This document shows, piece after piece, positions 30,901 to 46,531 of a stretch of 64,000 nucleotides of DNA. This DNA comes from Centroscyllium fabricii (Eukaryota): assembly GCA_051313645.2 (NCBI GenBank), contig JBNRSN020000089.1, forward strand, positions 2,356,001 through 2,420,000, written 5' to 3'. Position numbers and translations under genes: made by a program. Each line of letters starts with the position of its first letter. Positions within the stretch are counted from its first letter, which is position 1. The notes beneath the pieces are model-generated. The model was not told the origin of the DNA. It worked only from the letters and a program-made list of their open reading frames with translations, and did not search any database.

Positions 30901-33900
30901 CATCAGACATTGTCCATCTGTGTACAATACATCAGACACTGTCCATCTTGTGTACAATACACCAGACAATGTCCATCTGTGAACAATACATCAGACAATA
31001 TCCATCTGTGAACAATACTTCAGACAAAGTCCATCTATGAACAATACATCAGACAATGTCCACCTGTGTACAATACATCAGACAATATGAATCTGTGAAC
31101 AATACATCAGACAATATCCATCTATGTACACTACATCAGACAATATCCATCTGTGTACAATACATCATACAATGTCCATCTGTGTACAATACATCAGGAA
31201 ATATCCATCTATGAACAATACATCAGACAATATCAATCTGTGTACAATACATCAGACAATGTCCATCTGTGAGCAATAAATCAGACATTATCCATCTATG
31301 AACAATACATCAGACAATATCCATCTGTGAACAATACATCAGACAATGTCCATCTGTGTACAATACATCAGAAAATGTCCAGCTGTGTACAATACATCAG
31401 ACAATGTCCCTCTGTGTACAATAAATCAGACAATGTCCATCTGTGTACAATACATCCGATAATATCCATCTGTGAACAATACATCAGACAAAGTCCATCT
31501 ATGAACAATACATCAGGCAATTTCCATCTGTGTACCATACATCAGACAATATCCATCTGTGTACAATACATCAGACAATATCCATCTGTGTACAATACAT
31601 CAGACAATGTCCATCTGTTTACAATTCATCTGAAAATATCCATCTGTGAACAATACATCAGACAATATCCATCTTTGTACAATACATCAGACAATATCCT
31701 TCTGTGTACAATACATCCGTCAATGTCCATCTGTGAACAATAAATCAGACATTATCCATCTATGAACAATACATCAGACAAAGTCCATCTGTGAACAATA
31801 CATCGGACAATGTCCCTCTGTGTACAATACATCCGACAGGGTCCATCTTGTGTACAATACATCAGACAATGTCCATCTGTGTACAATACATCAGGCAATG
31901 TCTATCTGTGAACAATACATCAGACAATGTCCCTCTGTGTACAATACATCAGACAATGTCCATCTGTGTACAATACATCAGACAATGTCTATCTTGTGTA
32001 CAATACATCAGACAATGTCCATCTGTGTACAATACATCAGACAATGTCCATCTGTGTACAATACATCAGACAATGTCCATCTGTGTACAATAAATCAGAC
32101 TATGTCCATCTGTGTACAATACATCAGACAATGTCCATCTATGAACAATACAGCAGACAATGTCCATCTTGTGTAAAATACATCAGACAATGTCCATCTG
32201 TGTACAGTACATCAGACAATGTCCAGCAGTGTACAATACATCAGACAATGTCCCTCTGTGTACAAAAAATCAGACAATGTCCATCTGTGTACAATAAATC
32301 CGACAATATCCATCTGTGAACAATACTTCAGACAAATTCAATCTATGAACAATACATCAGACAATGTCCATCTGTGTATCATACATCAGACAATATCCAT
32401 CTGTGAACAATTCATCAGAAAATATCAATCTGTGTACAATACCTCAGACAATGTCCACCTGTTTACAGTACATCATAAAATATCCATCTGTGAACAATAC
32501 ATCAGACAATATTCCTCTATGAACAATACTTCAGACAATGTCCATCTGTGTACAATACATCAGACAATGTCCATCTGTGAACAATACATCAGACAATATC
32601 CATCTGTGAACAATACTTCAGACAAAGTCCATCTATGAACAATACATCAGACAATGTCCACCTGTGTACAATACATCAGACAATATACATCTGTGAACAA
32701 TACATCAAATAATATCCATCTGTGTACTCTACATCAGACAATATCCATCTGTGTACAATACATCAGACAATGTCCATCTGTGTAGTAATCATCAGGAAAT
32801 ATCCATCTGTGAACAATACATCAGACAATATACACCTGTGTACAATACATCAGACAATATCAATCTGTGTACAATACATCAGACAATGTCCATCTGTGAA
32901 CAAAAAATCAGACATTATCCATCTATGACCAATACATCAGACAATATCCATCTGTGAACAATACATCAGACAATGTCCCTCTGTGTACAATACATCAGAC
33001 AATGTCCATCTTGTGTACAATACATCAGACAATGTCCATCTGTGTACAATACACCAGACAATGTCTATCTGTGAAAAACTCATCAGACAATGTCCATCTG
33101 TGTACAATACATCAGACAATGTCCATCTCTGTACAATACATCAGACAATGTCCATCTTGTGTAGAATAGATCAGACAATGTCCATCTGTGTACAATACAT
33201 CAGACAATGTCCAGCTGTGTACAATGCATCAGACAATGTCCCTCTGTGAACAAAAAATCAGACAATGTCCATCTGTGTACAATACATCCGACAATATCCA
33301 TCCGTGAACAATACTTCACACAAAGTCCATCTATGAACAATACATCAGACAATGTCCATCTGTGTACCATACATAAGACAATATCCATCTGTGTACAATA
33401 CATCAGACAATATCCATCTGTGTACAATACATCAGACAATGTCCACCTGTTTACAGTACATCAGAAAATATCCATCTGTGAACAATACATCAGACAATAT
33501 CCATCTTTGTACAATACATCAGACAATATCCCTCTGTGTACAATACATCAGTCAGTGTCCATCTGTGAACAATAAATCAGACATTATCCATCTATGAAAA
33601 ATACATCAGACAATGTCCATCTGTGAACAATACATCGGACAATGTCCCTCTGTGTACAATACATCAGACAGTGTCCATCTTGTGTACAATACATCAGACA
33701 ATGTCCATCTGTGTACAATATATCAGACAATGTCTATCTGTGAACAATACATCAGACAATATCCACCTGTGAGCAATACATCAGACAATGTGCATCTGTG
33801 TACAATACATCAGACAATGTCCAGCTGTGTACAATACATCAGACAATGTCCCTCTGTGTACAATAAATCAGACAATGTCCATCTGTGTACAATACATCCG

Positions 33901-36900
33901 ACAATATCCATCTGTGAACAATACTTCAGACAAAGTCCATCTATGAACAATACATCAGGCAATGTCCATCTGTGTACCATACATCAGACAATATCCATCT
34001 GTGTACAATACATCCGACAATATCCATCTGTGTACAATACATCAGACAATGTCCATCTGTTTACTATTCATCAGAAAATATCCATCTGTGAACAATACAT
34101 CAGACAATATCCAACTTTGTACAATACATCAGACAATATCCTTCTGTGTACAATACATCAGCCAATGTCCATCTGTGAACAATAAATCAGACATTATCCA
34201 TCTATGAACAATACATCAGACAATATCCATCTGTGAACAATACATCGGACAATGTCCCTCTGTGTACAATACATCAGACAGTGTCCATCTTGTGTACAAT
34301 ACATCAGACAATGTCCATCTGTGTACAATACATCAGACAATGTCTATCTGTGAACAATACATCAGACAATGTCCTTCTGTGTACAATACATCAGACAATG
34401 TCCATCTGTGTACAATACATCAGGCAATGTCCATCTTGTGTACAATACATCAGACAATATCCATCTGTGTACAATACATCAGACAATGTCCATCTGTGTA
34501 CAATACATCAGACAATGTCCATCTGTGTACAATAAATCAGACTATGTCCATCTGTGTACAATACATCAGACAATGTCCATCTATGAACAATAAAGCAGAC
34601 AATGACCATCTTGTGTACAATACATCAGACAATGTCCATCTGTGTACAATACATCAGACAATGTCCAGCTGTGTACAATACATCAGACAATGTCCCTCTG
34701 TGTACAATAAATCAGACAATGTCCATCTGTGTACAATAAATCCGACAAAATCCATCTGTGAACAATACTTCAGACAAACTCCATCTATGAACAATACATC
34801 AGACAATGTCCATCTGTGTATCATACATCAGACAATATCCATCTGTGAACAATTCATCAGAAAATATCAATCTGTGTACAATACCTCAGACAATGTCCAT
34901 CTGTGTGCGATATATCAGACAATGTTCATCTCTGTACAACACATCAGACAATGTCCATCTGTGTACAATACATCAGACAATATCCATCTATGAACAATAC
35001 TTCAGACAATGTCAATCTGTGTACAATACATCAGACAATATCCATCTGTGAACAATACTTCAGACAAAGTCCATCTATGAACAATACATCAGACAATGAC
35101 CACCTGTGTACAATACATCAGACAATATACATCTGTGAACAATACATCAAACAACTTCCATCTGTGTACTCTACATCAGACAATATCCATCTGTGTACAA
35201 TACATCAGACAATATACATCTGTGAACAATACATCAAACAACATCCATCTGTGTACTCTACATCAGACAATATCCATCTGTGTACAATACATCAGACAAT
35301 GTCCATCTGTGTAAATACATCAGGAAATATCCATCTGTGAACAATACATCAGACAATATCCACCTGTGTACAATACATCAGACAATATCAATCTGTGTAC
35401 AATACATCAGACAATGTCCATCTGTGAACAATAAATCAGACATTATCCATCTATGAACAATACATCAGACAATATCCATCTGTGAACAATACATCAGACA
35501 ATGTCCCTCTGTGTACAATACATCAGACAATGTCCATCTTGTGTACAATACATCAGACAATTTCCATCTGTGTACAATACATCAGACAATGTCCATCTGT
35601 GTACAATACATCAGACAATGTCTATCTGTGAACAATACATCAGACAATATCCAACTGTGAGCAATACATCAGACAATGTCCATCTGTGTACAATACATCA
35701 GACAATGTCCATCTGTGTAGAATACATCAGACAATGTCCATCTTGTGTAGAATAGATCAGACAATGTCCATCTGTGTACAATACATCAGACAATGTCCAG
35801 CTGTGTACAATGCATCAGACAATGTCCCTCTGTGTACAAAAAATCAGACAATGTCCATCTGTGTACAATACATCCGACAATATCCATTCGTGAACAATAG
35901 TTCACACAAAGTCCATCTATGAACAATACATCAGACAATGTCCATCTGTGTACCATACATAAGACAATATCCATCTGTGTACAATACATCAGACAATATC
36001 CATCTGTGTACAATACATCAGACAATGTCCATCTGTTTACAGTACATCAGAAAATATCCATCTGTGAACAATACATCAGACAATATCCATCTTTGTACAA
36101 TACATCTGACAATATCCTTCTGTGTACAATACATCAGTCAGTGTCCATCTGTGAACAATAAATCAGACATTATCCATCTATGAACAATACATCAGACAAT
36201 GTCCATCTGTGAACAATACATCGGACAATTTCCCTCTGTGTACAATACATCAGACAGCGTCCATCTTGTGTACAATACATCAGACAATGTCCATCTGTGT
36301 ACAATACATCAGACAATGTCTATCTGTGAACAATACATCAGACAATATCCAACTGTGAGCAATACATCAGACAATGTCCATCTGTGTACAATACATCCGA
36401 CAATATCCATCTGTGAACAATACTTCAGACAAAGTCCTTCTATGAACAATACATCAGGCAATGTCCATCTGTGTACCATACATCAGACAATATCCATCTG
36501 TGTACAATACATCCGACAATATCCATCTGTGTACAATACATCAGACAATGTCCATCTGTTTACTATTCATCAGAAAATATCCATCTGTGAACAATACATC
36601 AGACAATATCCAACTTTGTACAATACATCAGACAATATCCTTCTGTGTACAATACATCAGTCAATGTCCATCTGTGAACAATAAATCAGACATTATCCAT
36701 CTATGAACAATACATCAGACAATGTCCATCTGTGAACAATACATCGGACAATGTCCCTCTGTGTACAATACATCAGACAGTGTCCATCTTGTGTACAATA
36801 CATCAGACAATGTCCATCTGTGTACAATACATCAGACAATGTCTATCTGTGAACAATACATCAGACAATGTCCTTCTGTGAACAATACATCAGACAACGT

Positions 36901-39900
36901 CCATCTGTGTACAATACATCAGACAATGTCCATCTTGTGTACAATACATCAGACAATGTCCATCTGTGTACAATACATCAGACAATGTCCATCTGTGTAC
37001 AATACATCAGACAATGTCCATCTGTGTACAATAAATCAGACTATGTCCATCTGTGTACAATACATCAGACAATGTCCATCTATGAACAATAAAGCAGACA
37101 ATGACCATCTTGTGTACAATACATCAGACAATGTCCATCTGTGTACAATACATCAGACAATGTCCAGCTGTGTACAATACATCAGACAATGTCCCTCTGT
37201 GTACAATAAATCAGACAATGTCCATCTGTGTACAATAAATCCGACAATATCCATCTGTGAACAATACTTCAGACAAAGTCCATCTATGAACAATTCTTCA
37301 GACAATGTCCATCTGTGTACAATACATCAGACAATGTCTATCTGTGAACAATACATCAGAAAATGTCCATCTGTGCACAATACATCAGACAATGTCCATC
37401 TGTGAACAATACATCAGACAATGTCCATCTGTGTTCAATACATCAGACACTGTACATCTTGTGTACAATACACCAGACAATGTCCATCTGTGAACAATAC
37501 ATCAGACAATATCCATCTGTGAACAATACTTCAGACAAAGTCCATCTATGAACAATACATCAGACAATGTCCACCTGTGTACAATACATCAGACAATATA
37601 CATCTGTGAACAATACATCAGACAATGTCCACCTGTGTACAATACATCAGACAATATACATCTGTGAACAATACATCAGACAATATCCATCTGTGTACAC
37701 TAAATCAGACAATATCCATCTGTGTACAATACATCAGACAATGTCCATCTGTGTACAATACATCAGGAAATATCCATCTGAGAACAATACATCAGACAAT
37801 ATCCACCTGTGTACAATACATCAGACAATATCAATCTGTGTACAATACATCAAACAATGTCCATCTGTGAACAATAAATCAGACATTATCCATCTATGAA
37901 CAATACATCAGACAATATCCATCTGTGAACAATAAATCAGACAATGTCCCTCTGTGTACAATACATCAGACAATGTCCATCTTGTGTACAATACAACAGA
38001 CAATGTCCATCTGTGTACAATACATCAGACAATGTCTATCTGTGAAAAATACATCAGACAATGTCCATCTGTGTACAATACATCAGACAATGTCCATCTG
38101 TGTACAATACATCAGACAATGTCCATCTTGTGTAGAATACATCAGACAATGTCCATCTGTGTACAATACATCAGACAATGTCCAGCTGTGTAGAATGCAT
38201 CAGAAAATGTCCCTCTGTGTTCAATAAATCAGACAATGTCCATCTGTGTACAATACATCCGAAAATATCCATCTGTGAACAATACTTCAGACAACTCCAT
38301 CTATGAACAATACATCAGACAATGTCCATCTGTGTACCATACATCAGACAATATCCATCTGTGTACAATACTTTAGACAATATCCATCTGTGTACAATAC
38401 ATCAGACAATGTCCGTCTGTTTACAATACATCAGAAAATATCCATCTGTGAACAATACATCAGACAATATCCATCTTTGTACAATACATCAGACAATATT
38501 CTTCTGTGTACAATACACCAGTCAATGTCCATCTGTGAACAATAAATCAGACATTATCCATCTATGAACAATACATCAGACAATGTCCATCTGTGAACAA
38601 TGCATCGGACAATGTCCCTCTGTGTACAATACATCAGACAGTGTCCATTTTGTGTACAATACATCAGACAATGTCCATCTGTGTACAGTACATCAGACAA
38701 TGTCTATCTGTGAACAATACATCAGACCATGTCCATCTGTGTACAATAAATCAGACAATGTCCATCTGTGTACAATAAATCAGGAAATGTCCCTCTTTGT
38801 ACAATACATCAGACAGTGTCCATTTTGTGTACAATACATCAGACAATGTCCATCTGTGTACAGTACATCAGAAAATGTCTATCTGTGTACAATACATCAG
38901 ACAATGTCCATCTTGTGTACAATACATCAGACAATGTCCATCTGTGTACAATACATCAGACAATGTCTATCTGTGAAAAATACATCAGACAATGTCCATC
39001 TGTGTACAATACATCAGACAATGTCCATCTGTGTACAATACATCAGACAATGTCCATCTTGTGTAGAATACATCAGACAATGTCCATCTGTGTACAATAC
39101 ATCAGACAATGTCCAGCTGTGTAGATTACATCAGACAATGTCCCTCTGTGTTCAATAAATCAGACAATGTCCATCTGTGTACAACACATCCGAAAATATC
39201 CATCTGTGAACAAGACTTCAGACAACTCCATCTATGAACAATACATCAGACAATGTCCATCTGTGTACCATACATCAGACAATATCCATCTGTGTACAAT
39301 ACTTTAGACAATATCCATCTGTGTACAATACATCAGACAATGTCCATCTGTTTACAATATATCAGAAAATGTCCATCTGTGAACAATACATCAGACAATA
39401 TCCATCTTTGTACAATTCATCTGACAATATCCTTCTGTGTACAATACACCAGTCAATGTCCATCTGTGAACAATAAATCAGACATTATCCATCTATGAAC
39501 AATACATCAGACAATGTCCATCTGTGAACAATATATCGGACAATGTCCCTCTGTGTACAATACATCAGACAGTTTCCATTTTGTGTACAATACATCAGAC
39601 AATGTCCATCTGTGTACAGTATATCAGACAATGTCTATCTGTGAACAATACATCAGACCATGTCCATCTGTGTACAATACATCAGACAATGTCCATCTGT
39701 GTACAATACATCAGACAATGTCCATCTTGTGTACAATATATCAGGCAATGTCCATCTGTGTACAATACATCAGACAATGTCCATCTGTGTACAATACATC
39801 AGACAATGTCCATCTGTGTACAATAAATCAGACTATGTCCATCTGTGTACAATACACCAGACAATGTCCATCTATGAACAATACAGCAGACAATGTCCAT

Positions 39901-42900
39901 CTTGTGTACAATACATCAGACAATGTCCATCTGTGTACAATACATCAGACAATGTCCAGCTGTGTACAAAGCATCAGACAATGTCCCTCTGTGTACAATA
40001 AATCAGACAATGTCCATCTGTGTACAATAAATCCGACAATATCCATCTGTGAACAATACTTCAGACAAAGTCCATCTATGAACAATACATCAGACAATGT
40101 CCATCTGTGTACCACACATCAGACAAAATCCATCTGTGAACAATTCCTTAGAAAATATCAATCTGTGTACAATACATCAGACAATGTCCATCTGTGTACG
40201 ATACATCAGACAATGTTCATCTCTGTACAACACATCAGACAATGTCCATCTGTGTACAATACATCAGACAATATCCATCTATGAACAATACTTCAGACAA
40301 TGTCCATCTGTGTACAATACATCAGACAATGTCTATCTGTGAACAATAATTCAGACAATGTCCATCTCTGTACAATACATCAGACAATGTCCATCTGTGA
40401 ACAATACATCAGACAATGTCCATCTGTGTACAATACATCAGACACTGTCCATCTTGTGTACAATACACCAGACAATGTCCATCTGTGAACAATACATCAG
40501 ACAATATCCATCTGTGAACAATACTTCAGACAAAGCCCATCTATGAACAATACATCAGACAATGTCCACCTGTGTACAATACATCAGACAATATAAATCT
40601 GTGAACAATACATCAGACAATATCCATCTATGTACACTACATCAGACAATATCCATCTGTGTACAATACATCATACAATGTCCATCTGTGTTCAATACAT
40701 CAGGAAATATCCATCTGTGAACAATACATCAGACAATATCCACCTGTGTACAATACATCAGACAATATCAATCTGTGTACAATACATCAGACAATGTCCA
40801 TCTGTGAGCAATAAATCAGACATTATCCATCTATGAACAATACATCAGACAATATCCATCTGTGAACAATACATCAGACAATGTCCATCTGTGTACAATA
40901 CATCAGAAAATGTCCAGCTGTGTACAATACATCAGACAATGTCCCTCTGTGTACAATAAATCAGACAATGTCCATCTGTGTACAATACATCCGATAATAT
41001 CCATCTGTGAACAATACATCAGACAAAGTCCATCTATGAACAATACATCAGGCAATTTCCATCTGTGTACCATACATCAGACAATATCCATCTGTGTACA
41101 ATACATCAGACAATATCCATCTGTGTACAATACATCAGACAATGTCCAACTGTTTACAATTCATCTGAAAATATCCATCTGTGAACAATACATCAGACAA
41201 TATCCATCTTTGTACAATACATCAGACAATATCCTTCTGTGTACAATACATCCGTCAATGTCCATCTGTGAACAATAAATCAGACATTATCCATCTATGA
41301 ACAATATATCAGACAAAGTCCATCTGTGAACAATACATCGGACAATGTCCCTCTGTGTACAATACATCCGACAGTGTCCATCTTGTGTACAATACATCAG
41401 ACAATGTCCATCTGTGTACAATACATCAGGCAATGTCTATCTGTGAACAATACATCAGACAATGTCCATCTGTGTACAATACATCAGACAATGTCCATCT
41501 GTGTAAAATACATCAGACAATGTCCATCTTGTGTACAATACATCAGACAATGTCCATCTGTGTACAATACATCAGACAATGTCCATCTGTGTACAATACA
41601 TCAGACAATGTCCATCTGTGTACAATAAATCAGACTATGTCCATCTGTGTACAATACATCAGACAATGTCCAGCTGTGTACAATACATCAGACAATGTCC
41701 CTCTGTTTACAATAAATCAGACAATGTCCATCTGTGTACAATAAATCCGACAATATCCATCTGTGAACAATACTTCAGACAAAGTCCATCTATGAACAAT
41801 ACATCAGACAATGTCCATCTGTGTATCATACATCAGACAATATCCATCAGTGAACAATTCATCAGAAAATATCAATCTGTGTACAATACCTCAGACAATG
41901 TCCATCTGTGTACGATACATCAGACAATGTTCATCTCTGTACAACATATCAGACAATGTCCATCTGTGTACAATACATCAGACAATATCCATCTATGAAC
42001 AATACTTCAGACAATGTCCATCTGTGTACAATACATCAGACAATGTCCATCTGTGAACAATACTTCAGACAAAGTCCATCTATGAACAATACATCAGACA
42101 ATGTCCACCTGTGTACAATACATCAGACAATATACATCTGTGAACAATACATCAAACAATATCCATCTGTGTACTCTACATCAGACAATATCCATCTGTA
42201 TAAAATACATCAGACAATGTCCATCTGTGTACAATACATCAGGAAATATCCATCTGTGAACAATACATCAGACAATATCCACCTGTGTACAATACATCAG
42301 ACAATATCAATCTGTGTACAATACATCAGACAATGTCCATCTGTGAACAATAAATCAGACATTATCCATCTATGAACAATACATCAGACAATATCCATCT
42401 GTGAACAATACATCAGACAATGTCCCTCTGTGTACAATACGTCAGACAATGTCCATCTTGTGTACAATACATCAGACAATGTCCATCTGTGTACAATACA
42501 CCAGACAATGTCTATCTGTGAAAAATACATCAGACAATGTCCATCTGTGTACAATACATCAGACAATGTCCATCTGTGTAGAATACATCAGACAATGTCC
42601 ATCTGGTGCAGAATAGATCAGACAATGTCCATCTGTGTACAATACATCAGACAATGTCCAGCTGTGTACAATACATCAGACAATGTCCCTCTGTGTACAA
42701 AAAATCAGACAATGTCCATCTGTGTACAATACATCCGACAATATCCATCCGTGAACAATACTTCACACATAGTCCATCTATGAACAATACATCAGACAAT
42801 GTCCGTCTGTGTACCATACATAAGACAATATCCATCTGTGTACAATACATCAGACAATATCCAACTGTGGACAATACATCAGACAATGTCCATCTGTTTA

Positions 42901-44400
42901 CAGTACATCAGAAAATATCCATCTGTGAACAATATATCAGACAATATCCATCTTTGTACAATACATCAGACAATATCCTACTGTGTACAATACATCAGTC
43001 AGTGTCCATCTGTGAACAATAAATCAGACATTATCCATCTTTGAACAATACATCAGACAATGTCCATCTGTGAACAATACATCGGACAATGTCCCTCTCT
43101 GTACAATACATCAGACAGTGTCCATCTTGTGTACAATACATCAGACAATGTCCATCTGTGTACAATACATCAGACAATGTCTATCTGTGAACAATACATC
43201 AGACAATATCCACCTGTGAGCAATACATCAGACAATGTCCATCTGTGTACAATACATCAGACAATGTCCAGCTGCGTACAATACATCAGACAATGTCCCT
43301 ATGTGTACAATAAATCAGACAATGTCCATCTGTGTACAATACATCCGACAACATCAATCTGTGAACAATACTTCAGACAAAGTCCATCTATGAACAATAC
43401 ATCAGGCAATGTCCATCTGTGTACCATACATCAGACAATATCCATCTGTGTACAATACATCCGACAATATCCATCTGTGTACAATACATCAGACAATGTC
43501 CATCTGTTTACTATTCATCAGAAAATATCCATCTGTGAACAATGCATCAGACAATATCCATCTTTGTACAATACATCAGACAATATCCTTCTGTGTACAA
43601 TACATCAGTCAATGTCCATCTGTGAACAATAAATCAGACATTATCCATCTATGAACAATACATCAGACAATGTCCATCTGTGAACAATACATCGGACAAT
43701 GTCCCTCTGTGTACAATACATCAGACAGTGTCCATCTTGTGTACAATACATCAGACAATGTCCATCTGTGTACAATACATCAGACAATGTCTATCTGTGA
43801 ACAATACATCAGACAATGTCCTTCTGTGTACAATACATCAGACAATGTCCATCTGTGTACAATACATCAGACAATGTCCATCTTGTGTACAATACATCAG
43901 ACAATGTCCATCTGTGTACAATACATCAGACAATGTCCATCTGTGTACAATACATCAGACAATGTCCATCTGTGTACAATAAATCAGACTATGTCCATCT
44001 GTGTACAATACATCAGACAATGTCCATCTATGAACAATAAAGCAGACAATGACCATCTTGTGTACAATACATCAGACAATGTCCATCTGTGTACAATACA
44101 TCAGACAATGTCCAGCTGTGTACAATACATCAGACAATGTCCCTCTGTGTACAATAAATCAGACAATGTCCATCTGTGTACAATAAATCCGACAATATCC
44201 ATCTGTGAACAATACTTCAGACAAAGTCCATCTATGAACAATACATCAGACAATGTCCATCTGTGTATCATACATCAGACAATATCCATCTGTGAACAAT
44301 TCATCAGAAAATATCAATCTGTGTACAAAACATCAGACAATGTCCATCTGTGTACGATACATCAGACAATGTTCATCTCTGTACAACACATCAGACAATG
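28000..44400 (+). repeat. ~9.5-kb super-higher-order duplication (about 28.0-35 kb vs 37.6-44.4 kb)
   Basis: ORF pairs 28333/37925, 28711/38303 and 28991/38583 (9592); 30008/39514 and 30591/40097 (9506); 31327/40862 (9535); 32954/42401, 33613/43060 and 34806/44253 (9447). Private variants are shared, e.g. catctgAgaac, tacaAcagac and gtagaatgcatcagaaaatg. Offsets change by roughly whole monomers. Confidence 0.85.
28170..30190 (+). repeat. Tandem duplication of a 1017-bp satellite block (35 monomers)
   Basis: Marker ctctgtgttcaataaatc at 28621/29638. ORF pairs 28333/29350, 28711/29728 and 28991/30008 are offset by 1017. Boundaries are approximate. Confidence 0.82.
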
Positions 44401-46531
44401 TCAATCTGTGTATAATACATCAGACAATGTCCATCTGTGAACAATACATCAGACAATGTCCATCTGTGTACAATACATCAGACACTGTCCATCTTGTGTA
44501 CAATACACCAGACAATGTCCATCTGTGAACAATACATCAGACAATATCCATCTGTGAACAATACTTCAGACAAAGTCCATCTATGAACAATACATCAGAC
44601 AATGTCCACCTGTGTACAATACATCAGACAACATACATCTGTGAACAATACATCAAACAATATCCATCTGTGTACACTACATCAGACAATATCCATCTGT
44701 GTACAATACATCAGACAATGTCCATCTGTGTACAATACATCAGGAAATATCCATCTGTGAACAATACATCAGACAATATCCACCTGTGTACAATACATCA
44801 GACAATATCAATCTGTGTACAATACATCAGACAATGTCCATCTGTGAACAATAAATCAGACATTATCCATCTATGAACAATACATCAGACAATATCCATC
44901 TGTGAACAATACATCAGACAATGTCCCTCTGTGTACAATACATCAGAAAATGTCCATCTTGCGTACAATACATCAGACAATGTCCATCTGTGTACAATAC
45001 ATCAGACAATGTCTATCTGTGAAAAATACATCAGGCAATGTCCATCTGTGTACAATACATCAGACAATGTCCATCTGTTTACAATACATCAGACAATGTC
45101 CATCTTGTGTAGATTAGATCAGACACTGTCCATCTGTGTACAATACATCAGACAATGTCCATCTGTGTACAATACATCCGACAATATCCATCTGTGAACA
45201 ATACTTCAGACAAAGTCCATCTATGAACAATACATCAGACAATGTCCATCTGTGTACCATACATCAGACAATATCCATCTGTGTTCAATACATCAGACAA
45301 TAACCATCTGTGTACAATACATCAGACAATGTCCATCTGTTTACAGTACATCAGAAAATATCCATCTGTGAACAATACTTCAGACAAAGCCGATCTATGA
45401 ACAATACATCAGACAATTTCCATCTGTGTACCATACATCAGACAATATCCACCTGTGAACAATTCATCAGAAAATATCAATCTGTGTACAGTACATCAGA
45501 CAATGTCCATCTGTGTACGATACATCAGACAATGTTCATCTCTGTACAACACATCAGACAATGTCCATTTGTGTACAATACATCAGACAATATCAATCCA
45601 TGAACAATACTTCAGACAATGTCCATCTGTGTACAATACGTCAGAAAATGTCCATCTGTGAACAATACATCAGACATTATCCTTCTTTGTACAATACATC
45701 ACACAATGTCCATCTGTGTAAAATACATCAGATAATATCCATCTGTGTACAATACATCAGACAATGTCCATCTGTGTACAATACATCGGACAATATCCAT
45801 CTGTGTACAATACATCAGACAATGTCCATCTGTGTACAATATATCAGACAATATCCATCTGTGTACAATACATCAGACTATGTCCATCTGTGAGCAATAC
45901 ATCAGACAATGTCCATTTGTGTACAATACATCGGAAAATGTCCATCACTGAACAATACATCAGACTTTATCCATCTGTGTATAATACATCAGACAATGTC
46001 CATCTGTGGACAATACATCAGACAATATCCATCTGTGTGCAATACATCAGACAATGTCCATCTGTGTACAATACATCAGACAATATCCATCTGTGTACAA
46101 TACATCAGACAATATCCATCTGTGTACAATACATCTGACAATGTCCATCTGTGTACAATACATCAGACAATGTCCATCTGTGAACAATACATCAGACAAT
46201 GTCCATCTGTGAACAATACATCAGACAATGTCCATCTATGAACAATAAATCAGACATTGTCCATCTGTGTACAATACATCAGACAATGTCCAGCTGTGTA
46301 CAATACATCAGACAATGTCCATCTGTGAACAATACATCAGACGATGTCCAGCTGTGAACAATACATCAGACAATGTCCATCTGTGTACAATACATCAGAC
46401 AATGTCCATCTGTGTACAATACATCAGACAATTGGCCAGAGGATGGTGAAACGGGCAGGGAAACAGAGGGGAGACCAGGGAACATCGAGGAACAGGGGGG
46501 AGAACCAAGGACGCAGTGAAGTGACAGGGGA

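Larger units (their letters stand above)
1..46432 (+). repeat. 29-bp tandem satellite, left domain (~1,600 monomers; runs off the left window edge)
   Basis: Continuous head-to-tail copies of CAGACAATGTCCATCTGTGTACAATACAT with recurrent variants: gtGAAc, aatAtcc, caGctg, gtccCtctg, aataAatc, acTtcagacaaAgtccatctAtgaac, and a frequent 30-bp variant ccatcTtgtg. The last satellite bases are ...acatcagacaat at 46432. Confidence 0.98.

Noticed and set aside
1-46432. CRISPR array (29-bp repeat with dyad symmetry)
   Set aside because: Repeats are directly adjacent with no unique spacers, there are no cas genes, and the context is eukaryotic.
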